DNA of 64,000 nucleotides from Vitrella brassicaformis CCMP3155 (GCA_001179505.1 CDMY01000249.1:84740-148739), one strand, 5' to 3'; positions 1-12,694 are shown, numbered from the stretch's first letter. Translations and numbers: made by a program. The notes: a model not told the origin generated them from the letters alone.

Positions 1-297
1 AATGCAGCTGTAAGGGATCTACGGGATCGCTCGATGTGGGACGCCCCCGCACGACGTTTCGTTTCGTAGCGGATGTAGCGAACCTACCTGCACCTGTGGG
101 TGTGCATGGCTGTGGCCTTTTTTGTAGTGTGGCTTATGTGTGAATTTGAGTTGAAGTCTCAAGTGGAGGAGAATGGGTTGCTTTTCGGCTGCCTGACAGT
201 GATTTCTTTACCTGTTGTATCTGTATGGATGGTGTGAATGAGATTTTCCTGTGCGGCAGTTTTGTTTCATATGTGTATATCTTGCTATCGCTATACG

Positions 298-440
298 TAC
301 GTATCTGTGTACATGTATGTATGCACCTGTGTACGTGTGTATGTGTGTGTACATTTGTGTACATGTGTGTGTGTGTACATGTGTGTACATGTGTGTGTGT
401 GTACATCTGTGTGTGTACATGTGTGTGTGTACATGTGTGT
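298..440. repeat. Degenerate (TG)nTACA microsatellite array
   Basis: Repeated tgtgtgtaca-type units; the overlapping ORFs here are low-complexity artefacts. Confidence 0.9.
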
Positions 441-1434
441 ACGATTGTCGTGTACCAATTGCGTGTCGTGTATTCCATGTATTGCGTCTACGTATGTACA
501 GGGGCCTAGCAATTGCAAATATGTATATGCCCTAGCAAATATGTATATAATATAGGGCCTAGCAAATGCATGTGTGTGTGATGCATTACCTCTCTGTGTC
601 TCTGTGAGCGTGTGAGTCGGCGTCCTTTCATTCGTTGCCTCCCCTCCAGTGATTCATTGATTGATTGATTGTGCTACAACAGCCGTATGTACGTATGCGA
701 TCGATTCTTGCGTATCGTGTCTGTGCGCCTTGTGTGCGTACAACCCGTGCGTGTCACATCTGGCAATTCATGCATAATTCATGCATATGTACGTACTGAC
801 TGACGCTTCGAGTTGCGACGCGCGCGCGCTGCGCTGGTTGTCTGTCCGCGTGTCGCTGTTTGCAGTATGGTACAATACCGTCGTCTCTTTGCCTCCTCGT
901 TTGTTCGTTCGTTCGTTCGTTCGTGTGGTCGTGCCGGTGCCCATCAGCTCAGCAGGAAGGAAAGGAAGGAAAGGAAGGAAGGCACGCACAATGAACACGG
1001 TACGTGTACAGACAATAGCGTAGCGTACATACGTCGTGTCTTTTTGGTTTGTGTATTGAGTCGTCTGCCTGTCTGTTCTTCAGTTTGTCCGTCTGCTGTT
1101 GCCGCGTGTCGCTCACTTGCATTTTGCAGTGGCGATTCGGCAGCCGGGTAAACCCGCTCCCCCCTTTCTCTAAACTCTCTCGGTTTGTCTCCCCTGTGCT
1201 ACTATCATTGATGTCGTGTGGTGCGCGTGTGTTACTGTGATTGCCTGCCTTCCCATGCTTCTGTGAAAGCGAACTCTCTGGCTCGCAGACTCAAACGGGC
1301 TGCGTGTTGCGTGTCCGGGATGCATGTTGGGGTGCGTGTTGGGATGCATGAGTGGATGAATGAATGAATGAATGACTTCCGCCAGGCCGCCTAGGGTGCT
1401 CCCTGAAACCGCAGCAAACGGGCTCACTGAATCG

Positions 1435-4030
1435 ATGATCTCATCAGCTGTAGCATACCTGCGTCCATCTTTGTCTGACCGCCTGGCATCTCTCATCCAG
1501 TACTGCCTGTGGGGATGCCTCATCTACTACCTCTACCAATCTTTCCACGGCCGCAAAGCCATCCCATCGTTCAGCAACCCCTACTACACCACCATCACCT
1601 CGGAAATCGGCGCCCTGCGGGCCACACTCGACAGATCTCTCCGCCACATGGACGCTATGGACACGGGCATCCTCTTCCTCACAGGAGTGGCCGTCCTGTA
1701 CTGGCTCATGCGGATCGGCGAGAGCATTGTTGACGTCGTCGTGAACGCCAAGTGGGCGAGGCTGCTGCCGTATGTGCCGGTTGTGAGGGAGATCGTCGCC
1801 AAGAAGACTCAAGAGGCCGAGGACGACATCAGGAAGTCGCTGCTCAAGTGCAGGACCACACGCACCACCGAACTGCCCGAAGCGGTAGGTGACAACCCAT
1901 TGACTTGAGCTGTTCATGCACTGTGCATTGTGGGATGTCTGTTTGCCAAACAGGGTTGGGATGCGGATCTGATTCTGGACCGAGTGGGTCAGTGGAGTGA
2001 GCTGGAGAAGAGGGAGTGGCGTGAGGGTAAGGCCAGCGGGGCCGTCTACTCGGGGCAGGACGACCTCATGGACCTTATTGGGGAGGTGTACAAGCGATTC
2101 AGCCTCAGCAACCCCCTGCACCCAGATATCTTCCCGTTCACAAGGCAGATGGAGGCAGGTGAGTGGCAAGACGACGACAAAGATGGCGAGAGTCCCGTGC
2201 TATCTCTTTGCCGGCGTGTGTGTTCAGAGGTTGTGTCTATGGTGGCTGACCTGTTCAACGGCGACGAACAGACTTGCGGATGTGTCACGAGGTACATATT
2301 TGAGTGACAGAAAATCTCCATACAACCGACATTCTCTGTCATGTTGTCTGTGTATGTCAATCACCCATTCAGCGGTGGGACGGAGAGCATCATGATGGCG
2401 ATGCGTGCGTATCGTGAGTGGGGCCGGGCCGAGCGCGGCATCATCACGCCACAGATCATCGTGCCCGCCACGGCCCACCCCGCGTTCGACAAGGCCGCCG
2501 CCTACTTCAAGATGCGCATCACGAAGATACCCGTCAACATGCCCTCAGGCACCATCGACCTATCGCGGGTGGGTGATGTGAGAATAACCGCATCACACGA
2601 ACACCCTCGATCCCTCCTTCATGCCATTCTCGTGCTGTTGTGTGTTCAGCTCATCGGTGCCATCACCCCAAACACGGTGGCCATCGTCGCGTCATGCCCC
2701 TCCTGGCCACACGGCACACTCGACCCCGTCCAGCACATCGCGTCCATCGCGCGCACGAGGAGGATCCCATGCCACGTCGACGCCTGTCTGGGGAGCTTTG
2801 TGGTAGCCTGCATGGAGAGCAGCGGCTTCGACATGCCGGCCTTCGACTTCCGTGTGCCCGGGGTGACGTCTCTGTCGTGCGACACACACAAGTTTGGCTT
2901 TGCGCCGAAAGGCACCTCCGTGTTGCTCTACCGGTCCCCTGAACTGAGGGCATACCAGGTGATGAATGCAAGGATAGATGGATGGATGGGTGCAATGCAA
3001 ATATTTGTGTGTGGTGCAGTATTTCACGACGGTCGACTGGATGGGCGGCATGTACGCGTCGCACAGCGTGGCGGGCAGCAGGCCTGGCGGTCTCATCGCA
3101 GCCACATGGGCAGCCATGATGTACACGGGCAAACAAGGTACCAATCACCCTCGCCGCGCAGACAGGACTTGCAGACCCATTTCCTCTCGTGTGTGGCCTT
3201 TGGTGTGTAGGCTATGTGGCTGCGACCAAGAAGGTTGTCAACTTCACTCGCGAGCTGGCGGCCGGCATCGACAAAATGCCCGATCTGGAGGTCCACACCA
3301 CCCACACAGCGACGCACAGCCACCCATGTCAGTCTGATTTCTTGTTTGTCCTCCTGGTCAGGTTATCGGTCACGGCGACACCTGTGTGGTGGCGTTCCGA
3401 TCGACCAACCCCAACCTGCCCACACTGCCTGTGAGGAGAGCACCGGATGCTGAAAGAGGTCTTCTGAGTGCGTGTCTGTGTGTGTGTGTGTGTGCGTCAG
3501 ATTGGCGAGGCCATGGGCGACCGAGGGTGGAAGCTGAACCTCCTGCAGAAGCCTGACGCAGTAAGGACAGGGCGAGCGCGAGCATGCCTGTGACCGTAAC
3601 TGACGCGCTTCCTGTCATGTGTGTGTAGGTTCACCTAGCTGTAACGCTGCCCGTCGCCAATGGCGGCAGTCGTCGCTTCCTCGACGACCTGGCAGAGGCC
3701 GTCGAACAAGTGGTCAGGAAGATGAGACGAAGCAGCAGCTCAAATGATACACACACATGCAATGCTCTCTCTCTCTCTCTCTGTTTGTGTGTGTGTGTGT
3801 GTGTGTGCAGAAGAGTGACCCGAAGGCGTACGCCAAGGGAACCGCCGCTATCTACGGATCGGCCAAGACCGTGCCAAAGTGAGGCAGAGAGAGGAAGCAA
3901 AGAGCTGAGGGTCTCGGTGTTGCCATCTATCTGCGGCTCTCTGCCTCTGCTGTGTGTTGCCGCGTATGTGCACAGGATGTTGGTGGAGTCGCTGGTCAAG
4001 AAATGGCTGGACGTTTACTACACCGCCTGA
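1435..4030 (+). CDS. SGPL1: Sphingosine-1-phosphate lyase (PLP-dependent), multi-exon
   Basis: Spliced exons give an N-terminal hydrophobic anchor, GAVY, SNPLHPDIFP, TSGGTESI, HVDACLG, SLSCDTHKFGFAPKG (PLP lysine), SRPGG, GWKLNLLQKP and the end MLVESLVKKWLDVYYTA*. An upstream in-frame ATG at 1372 is possible. Confidence 0.93.
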
Positions 4031-4579
4031 GCAGCCAGCCGCCAGGATGCGCTTCCTGTATGGCTGGGTGTGTTTCGGTGTTTATTTGTGAACTCATTTT
4101 CATCTCTCTCAGTAGTGTGTGGGTGTATGGGCAGCTGGCTAGCGCCGTTCGTTACTTTGATGGGGCTGTTTTTATTCGTTGTGGATCGGTGTGCCATGCA
4201 TGGGCACACGGATGTATGGAGGATGTATGTATGTGTGTTGTGGCGTGTGTTGTGGCGTGTTGTGTGGGTCGGCAGTCGGACACTTTGATAAATCAGGGCG
4301 ATGCCGTGCGCAGATACACACGAATCGTGCAGGAGGGTCCCTACCTTCAAGTGCAGCCTTCTGCCTCGTGAGATTTTCCCCGCCGTTAAGTGCATGCCAG
4401 CCGCTGGCATTCAGCGGGGCTGCGGGCGGACGCACTGGCGGACTCTGACGCCATTAAGGTATACGAGGGAGGCGAGATTTCTCGCCGAGACAATCAAACC
4501 CCGCAAACCCTACCGTTGTTTTCGGTCTATCCTCGCTTTTCAAAAGAGGAACACACACACTTCATAGCGCAGCGATGGT

Positions 4580-6249
4580 GTGGAGAGCCCACCCCTGGAC
4601 GAAATCACAACGTTAACTTGAATCATTCTCCGTCTTCATCGAGAGCGACCAGGCAGACAGCGAGACCGAGGGGGGCGGCAAGAGAAGAAGAAGCGCAAGA
4701 ATCGCAAGAACAAGGTCAGCTCCAAATCGCCCATCAACGGCGCGGGTCCGCACCTGCCCCTGCCCAAGACGACACCTCGCGAGGTGTCGTCCCACCAAGG
4801 CCTACCGCCGCCCGGCGAAGAGGCCAAGCCGCCAGTGGACGTGCCGACGCCCAAGACGGCTGCTGCTGTTGAGGAGCATGATTGCAACGGGCTCTGCCAA
4901 ACTGGGCCACGTCACATCATGTAAGTCGCCCATCGGTGAGCCACGCACTTTGACACGGCCCGTTGCATTCATTTTGCATCTGTTTTGTTTTGTCTTGTTT
5001 GGCAGAAGCCCGAGGCACAGTCAACAGCCGTTTCCAAGGCCTTAGACACAGAGAAAGCCTACATGAGGATATGTGTCTCATCATGCAGCCTTCCTTTGGT
5101 TACCGAGAGAGCCTCCAAGCACCACAACCACCACTCCCGGAGCACCACAACACAGGCCGCCAGAGAGGGAGGGAGGGAGGGAGGGCGGGCTGCAGTGAAT
5201 GTTGTGTTGTGTTGTGTTGTCTTGTCTTGTCTTGTCTTGTCTTGTCTTGTGTGTATCATGCAGTTGAAGAGTGTGATGGACAGGAACTTCGGTGCCAAGA
5301 CTGTGACCATCGTGGACTGCCGATACGGGGCCGAGTTCAATGGTGGGCTCACACACACACACGCACACACACACTCACGCACAAAAGATGTGCCTGTGTG
5401 AGTGCTCGCTCATCGATGTGTGTCGGTCTGGTGGTGTGTATGCAGGTGGGCACATTCGGGGTGCGCTGCACGGCAAGTCGATCGACGTGGTCAAGGAGGC
5501 GCTGTGGAAGCCCAACGGACAGCCCAAGTACACCAACGAGCACGTAAGCGACCGACCGACCGATGGATGGATGGGAGAGACCAGTGTGTATGTATGTCCA
5601 TCGATGCATCTGTCTGCGCGTTTGTGTGTGTGTGTGTCGGCAACAGGTGATAGTTTTCCACTGCGAGTACTCGAAGGCTCGAGGGCCTAGCCGAACAGTT
5701 CCTTCATGCATGGTCAGACACACACGTGTTCACGATGACATGTGTGCCAGTGACACACAGACACCCTCATGAATGTCTGTGTGTGTGTGTGTAGGGTTTC
5801 TCGTACTCGAAGGTATTCATCTTCGATGGCGGATACAACAATTTCTACCGCCAGCACGCAAAGGTACGCAGACCTGTTTGTCACACACACAGACACCTAC
5901 ACACACACGTGGTGGTCTGTGTGTGTGTGTGTATGTGTGTGTGTGCGCAGAGCAAGTACGTGGTCGGCAAGTACAAATCGGAGGATAGCCTGTCGCCCGC
6001 CGAGGTGAGCAAATTGGCCAACTGCATCCACTCACACCCAAGCAAAGGACTGAACCAGCAGCACTCGTTTCTCTCTCTGTGTGTGTGCGTGTGCATCAGT
6101 ATGCGGCCGCTGGTGAGGAGCGCGAGCAGCGCAAGGCCAAGGCGGACATGATCAAGGCCTGGATGGATGGCGGGGGTGCTCATGGCCATGAGGGGTCGTC
6201 AGATTCTCAGCTACCAAAGAGTAACAAGTTGACGATTGCTCACCCCTAA
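4580..6249 (+). CDS. CDC25: Cdc25-like rhodanese-fold phosphatase, multi-exon; 5' exons unresolved
   Basis: IVDCRYGAEFNGGHIRGA, VIVFHCEYSKARGP (HCX5R) and YSKVFIFDGGYNNFY between 5264 and 5863. I could not splice the region 4580-5150 into one clean frame. Confidence 0.75.
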
Positions 6250-7913
6250 ACATGGCTCACCATTCAAACCAAACGCTTCGGGCGCCATGTAAAGCCTTGT
6301 GCCCGCTCCTGCACACGCAATTGTGCACATGGACACCTAGCCTGACTCGCGGCGGCAGCGTCTTCTTCTCGTTTGTCTGTCACCGCCTTGAGCCGACACT
6401 GTTCTGTTGAGATCGATGACGAGCCCGAAATCGGTAATCTTGATGTCTTCTCCCTTGGTCACCTGCACAATAAAGAAATGGGTGCGAATGGACGTTGCAG
6501 TCTTGCAACTTACAAGTATGTTGCCGGGCTTCAAGTCACGATGTACTATATTCTTGTCGTGAAATGACTGCACGCCCTCACAAATCTATCCGACGACAGA
6601 TGAACGGGTGCTCTGATTCAGCCCTCTGTGCCCGTATTAGCTACTTACCTGTTTCGCAAACTTGTCGCGGAGATTGGCCGGCAGAGGACCCTTCGTCCTC
6701 TCGAGAAACGACTGCAGTGAGCCACCCTCGCACAACTCTGAGACACACGAAAGCAACCACCAGGCAAGAAAAGTCAGAGGGTAACGAGCACATGGACAAC
6801 CCACCCACCTGATATGATCATGGGTCCGTAAGTTTCGTGAGAGCAGATGCCCAGAAAGGTGATGACATAGGGGTGCCTGATATGCAACATCGGCTCCACC
6901 TCCTTCAAGACGTCGTCATAGAGAACCTGTATGAAAACATGTCGTATCTATTCGTTGGTCCGTGGATCGAGCTGCCGTGCCGACGTGGATGGGTATGATT
7001 TTCCTGTCCTCCTCATTGACGACCTTGATAGCCACCGGCTGACCTTTCCACAGCCCCTTGTAAACCGTGCCAAAGCCTCCGGCTCCTTGACAGACGCACA
7101 CATTCAATTGACCAGATGTGGGCATGCGATGGCCTCTGGCTCACCGAGTCTGTCTGCCTCGCTGAATCTGATGTTTTGCCGATCGATGCGCAGGCGGAGA
7201 GCCGCCGCCATGACGGACTGCTTATCGCCCTTTTTCGTCGTCTACGAACACAAAGCCAAAGCAAGTGGGTCGTGTGTGATGAGCAGGTGCCCTCTCACGT
7301 ATTTCATCGGCGGTGCCGGTGCCTGTCCTGATGCATTCTGGCCAGATGGCACTGCAACGCACACAGCATTGGATGCAATGATGTGCCAGATCAGCATGTG
7401 AAGACAGACAGACCTGTTTGCTGCTTGTATTTTTCCATGATCTCTCTGATTTTCGGCTTCCCAGCCGCCAAATCCCACGGCGTTTTTCCCTGCCAAATTC
7501 AAATGCGTCACTGAATCATTCGACCATTCACAAGTCTGTGTGCACTTGTTTCGTCGTTCTTGATGTCGAGGAGATTGACCCCGGCCTCAACGCCCCACTC
7601 CAAGCTGCATTTGGGCACAGAGGGTGAGGAGAGAGAGACTACATAATGGTTGGTTTGGGTTGTTCATTAGTGCCGCTTACAGCTGAGCCACCGAATCGCG
7701 TCCGCTGTTCTTGACAGCCTCGTGCAGCACTGTCTCTCCGACCTGTGTGTGTGATGCTCAGAGCAGGGCCGTCAAGGAAGGACTGCGAGAAGGGAATCTG
7801 CTTCTCACCTCGGTCTGGTGTGTGAGGATGTTCTGCTTGTCGTGCCCTTTGGCATACATGGCTTTCAGCACATCAACCCAATAATTCGCAGCAATAAACG
7901 GCGTCTGACCAGT
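6194..7913 (-). pseudogene. 3' part of a disrupted ankyrin-TKL kinase gene (copy A)
   Basis: GAGGFGTVYKG, VAIK, HRDLKPGN, TDFG and YMAPE are present. The sequence stops in subdomain IX at ~6194. One donor reads acaagt (7544-7549) where the paralog has gtgagt. Near-identical to 32774-34090. Confidence 0.85.
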
Positions 7914-8016
7914 GTAGATCTATCGGTTGACGTGCTTTACAACCGCTCACACGTCCATTCAGTCAAATCAAGCTGCACGCAAAGGTCTGTGCGTTAACGG
8001 TCGCCTCTTGGCGGTA
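7914..8016. repeat. 3' pseudo-LTR of the Penelope-like element
   Basis: 103 bp, 4 mismatches to 12857-12959. Confidence 0.92.
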
Positions 8017-8118
8017 CACGATGCACTGTAGATAGATCGACATGCAGCAAACCGCAGCGGTATTAGTCTCGCGAGATGCGGTGACACGACGAAACAAAGG
8101 AGCTAGAGAGCAGCACCA

Positions 8119-11100
8119 TTACGTCAGATCAGCAGCAGACAGCAACGATGGAAAATAACGGGTAATACGATGGAGCTGCCTATGTAGAAAGTGCTGGGAA
8201 TAGCCAAAGAAACCCATTTCCCGCATGCACAGCTTCAAAGTGGCAGGTACCTGGTCATTGCACTCACGCATCGTGAAGTCAAGCACACGCAGCAGATGGC
8301 CATAGACGACATTGGCTTTGCGCCCACGAGACATAGCAGAGCGAGAGTGTACTTAACGAATGAAGGGCAAGACAGGACAGGCAGCAGTCAGTGCCAGGGC
8401 ATTGGGGTTGTGCTGCGAGAGCAGCACGTTAGTGGCGCGAATGTGTACCGTGCATCCAACATACACTCCTGACTTATCCTTCTCCAACACACATTTGTCA
8501 TGATAGAAAGTGGGGGACAGCAGACGATCATGCACACGACACAATGCTCCATGCAGACGTGACGGCACACAAGTGAGGGGTGGGGAGACAAACAGCCGAT
8601 CATCCATTCAGCGACGTACGAAGCAGAAACGAAAGGCTTCCTTCTCATGCACTGACAGGCCATGAATGAATTCTCTCTCACGACCAGCAGCAAATATGTT
8701 CGCCAGCCCTGGACTGAGCTGACTGCCCTGAGGGAAACCCTCACACTGGTACAGCAACAGACCACTCAGGCGTGTGTAACCGTAGAGAAGATCATGCTCA
8801 ACCACACGAATGACATCCTTTATGGTATATGTACGACACGACACATAGTTGCAGTTTGTAGTGAAAAAAGGCTTGTGGCGGGTGGAGACAGACCGACGAT
8901 CACAGCCATACATAGACGGATACAAACAAGCAGACGCATGCAACACAGGCCAGGGTCGTCGACGAGGTACATTGACGAACTTGTAGCGTGTTGGTCCTTT
9001 AGAAAGTAGTATAAAGAATACAGCGCACGAATCGCATCATCACATGGGCAGCTGCGGTAGAAGTTACCGATGTCATGGATGTGTACAGTGGGCGAGGACG
9101 GAATGGCATTCGACACGACAGCATGGCCATGTATGAATCGATTGTGGCGAGCCAGTGCATCGAACAGAGAAGACACACGCATAAACGAGAAATGGTCAGG
9201 CATCCAATCATTCCACATACTCAACACACGTCCTACATCGGCATATATGCGTGCAAAACGGTGGCGGAAGTATGAGTTGAGAGGCCGTCATTTCATTGCA
9301 GACCATTCGCTCACATTCGCACAAAATGACTTCATCTTTGGCCACAGCACAGTAGTACCCCACACGTGAGTGCGCCGAGGTGCTGCTGGGCGTGGGCCAT
9401 TGAGAAACGAAGGCAGATTGAGAAAGTCAGTATGAATCACGTCATCGTTTTGTAGCGGGATAACATACGATGGATTGCCTAAGTGCAGACACCAATTAGC
9501 TTCCATGTACTTAAGCGGACACATCCATGCAAGACATCCCTTACTCTTGTCTACTGGTGTACACACCAAACGACGCAGCAGAGACGCATGACGCATTACA
9601 ACATGCATACGTACGTATTGCTGTGACTCAACTAACTTATCATAAGCCGGCTTCAAAAAAGAATCGACGCACTCTTCGATAACAGGGGTGTAGGGCTCTG
9701 GGTGTGACACACGAGGAAAGACACGCACCACCGTGCGAACAAATTGACGTTTCACAGATGAAAAAGTAGGTAGCAGTGTGCTATTTCTATTCCAATGGTC
9801 AGAAAGGCAAAGCAACGCACGCATAAATGGATCACTCAACAACACACACACATGCCCATTCATCTTGGGCCAATCATCAAACACATGCAATGTACACGGA
9901 CATGACACCTCATGCATGGGCAGAGACGCAACACGCTTAGCATTGTAGTAAAGTGACGTTAATGAGGGATATGAAGAGAAGACAAAGGTTGCTTCGATAT
10001 GACACATCGAATCTGATGGTAAGTGGCGAAACATCTCTCGTGTAGCATCAATGGCAGCAGCACGAAACACCGGCATATCATTAAGCATGAGTGGGACGTA
10101 GACACGATGAAAAAGTCGCGGCCGCCAGACTCGCAGGTTGACACGTGTGGTGACAGCTCGGCGATACGCAGCATGGAAGCATTCTTAATGCACACTAGAC
10201 AATGTCCGCAGAGCAGAGACATACAAACAACAGCGATCACGATCATTCAATGCACGAACAGCAGCAAGCAATGTATCGAATAGCCGAGGTCGACGTGCAA
10301 GGAGAGCGGCAGTAGCGAGAAGTGTAGTATGCGACACTTTGTCAGCAGTAAGTACTGTATGCAACTTATTAGGTGTAGGTGTAGTGGGGTAAAATCACGG
10401 ATAAGATGACATGACAGGCACAGCGACAGACACATATTTGACATGCAGACGACGCACAGGACGACAGCCTGGCATACTACGATACGGACGATGCAACACA
10501 GAGAGGTGGGTTCGAGACGACGAGCTGCGGTGGGAGTTGAGTGATGGTTGAAAAATATGAATGGCTTGCAGCTCAACAGACTTCATCTGACGCACCGACA
10601 ATCGCAGACCATCGAACGAACACAAAGGAATACATCCATATGCACACACATCAGTACGCGACAGGGTAGAATAGAGATGAGTTTGGGAGCGTGGTAGGTC
10701 GCGCAGGCAGGAAATGCCTTTGCAATGTGTTCAGGCCATTGAAAAAGAATGCCCCAACCCGTGAAGCCCAGATAAGTGTGGCGTGTCCATGGAGAAACAA
10801 CAAAGGATAGCCCGTGGCACATACGTGAGGAGGCGGGCATAAAGAGCTCACTGAGGCGCGCTCTGAATGCTCGTATCTTAGAGAGAAAGTGTGTAGGGGT
10901 CTTACTGACGAGCTCAGCCATAGCAGTTGTGTGTACAGCATGCAAACGATCCGACAGGGCCTTAAGCACAGATGGCGTGACGCAATGGATGGAGCAAGGA
11001 GATGCAAAGTCTCGCAGACCGTCGCAGTGGACCGTCCGAAAGTGCTCCGCATCTCCCGGCTGCACAACAAAAAGTATGTCACATCGACACATACGCCATG

Positions 11101-12694
11101 TGCTTTTACAGTATGAGCAGCGATTGTGTGTACGCAGGTAGTGCAGGAGGTGATGTATACGAGTGAGGAACCGCACAAATCGGAAAAAGTGATGTGACGA
11201 TACAAGATGACCTACAGACGACTCACACACAAACACAACACGTTCCAAAGCAGCTTTCGAGACATGTAGTGCAACACGAGATTCATACATATGTGTATCC
11301 ATATGCGTACATTGACAAACGAGACAGTGAGAACAGGTGTTGGCACAGTGTCGATGGATGTGTGTACTTTCTACCTCATCGCGCGACCGTACAGAGTCAG
11401 AAGACAATACAGCACTCCTGCACGAGACAGTATCCGAAGGCACAGTACCGATAGGGAACAGAAAGGGGGGCAACACAGGTATTGTTCGTGTATGCCACTA
11501 CGGCGCGAGACGCAGTGGCGTCTTACTTTAGTCGCGTTTCGGTCGGAGGCGGCGTTTGGTGTAGTTGATGGCCACATACCAGAGAATCTGGCGCGGCGAC
11601 AGGCCCACCGCATTGGCGCTGATGCGCTTGCCTCACGTCAGCAATAGCGTCTACACCATGTCAGCCATACTAGCACCCAGCGACTCGACGGCACGAACGA
11701 GACGTCTGGCGTGGCCCCAGGCTTCCCCCATGTCGTCCTCATTGTCAAATACCGTGTCGATGTCGCACTCCTCGCTGGACATCATGATGGTGATGCCAGT
11801 GGGTTTGTCGACGTCTCCCTTGTAGATGTCGAATGTGTCCGGCAGATCGCGGATGCGGCGGGCGAGTGCAGCTCGAGAAGTGAGCGCGCTCATATTGACG
11901 AGTGCTCTGTTGGGGATGGCGGCGTCGATGTCGATCTCTATGATGCTACCGCTGTCATTGATGTCCTCGTCGTTGGTGGGCTGAGTATCGTCGGCGGTGG
12001 GCATGTGGGTGTCGACAGCAGAAGCAGCAGCTGCTGCTGCAGACGAGGGGGCTGTGCGTTTGCGGCCTCGATGGGTGTTGGTCTGGTGATAGTCCTCGAG
12101 GAGGCGGGGGAGGGCGGCGATAGCGTCCGCCACCTTCTGTGGGTTGGTCTCATTGATGACGAAACTCACGACACCGTTGACGCCTTACAGGAGGAGGCTG
12201 ATTTGCTGCTCGAGGTCTGTGCGCTGTACACTACGTAGGTTGGGGTTGCTGACGAATGGCTTAGCGGCGGCGATGTCATTGAGGATGCTCCGGTGGGGCT
12301 GCGAGTTGTGCTTGTCGCACAGCAGCTTCAACGCCGTCCCCACGACGAGGAGCGTCTTGACGGTGACGCCGCGTATGTGGCTGTCGGGGTGGCCGAGTGT
12401 GAGGAAGGCGTCCTTCTCGCTGAGGTGTCGGATGCCGTCGGTTTGGTCGTTCTTCACCATGATGTACTTCATGTTCCCGTTCCGGATGACCCGCACGATC
12501 CCCTCGGTAGTATAAAAACATGCCTTGAAGCGGCCTTGATTGTGGGCGGCAATGCCGTGAGGGTTGAGCGGGTCATCGACAAAGCGGACCTCCGTGTCAC
12601 GATCCGTGTGGGAGCGTGTACGGGACGGAGCCGACTGGTCGCCGGCGCCGATGTCGCGAAGGACGTCCACGAAGCGGGAGGGGGCGTGGCTCAT
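8119..12694 (-). pseudogene. Decayed long ORF of the element (~1,500 codons: unknown N-terminal region, GIY-YIG, CxC, RT)
   Basis: ORF-track fragments 12185-12694, 11651-12169 and 10583-11476 share one frame; 10395-10649, 9288-10088 and 8820-9227 share a second; 8608-8946, 8353-8607 and 8119-8334 share a third. About ten nonsense codons and two frameshifts. Confidence 0.8.

Noticed and set aside
134-555. Six overlapping ORFs of 70-114 aa
   Set aside because: They translate (TG)n/(CA)n repeats into VC/HT low-complexity peptides.
500-570. Three cctagcaa(atatgtatat) units, superficially CRISPR-like
   Set aside because: Too short, no unique spacers, eukaryotic context; a small degenerate tandem repeat.
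8608-8610. TGA beside the RT catalytic MDD as selenocysteine, as in some Naiads
   Set aside because: The ORF has many TAA/TAG stops and frameshifts, and I saw no SECIS in the element; TGG to TGA decay is simpler.
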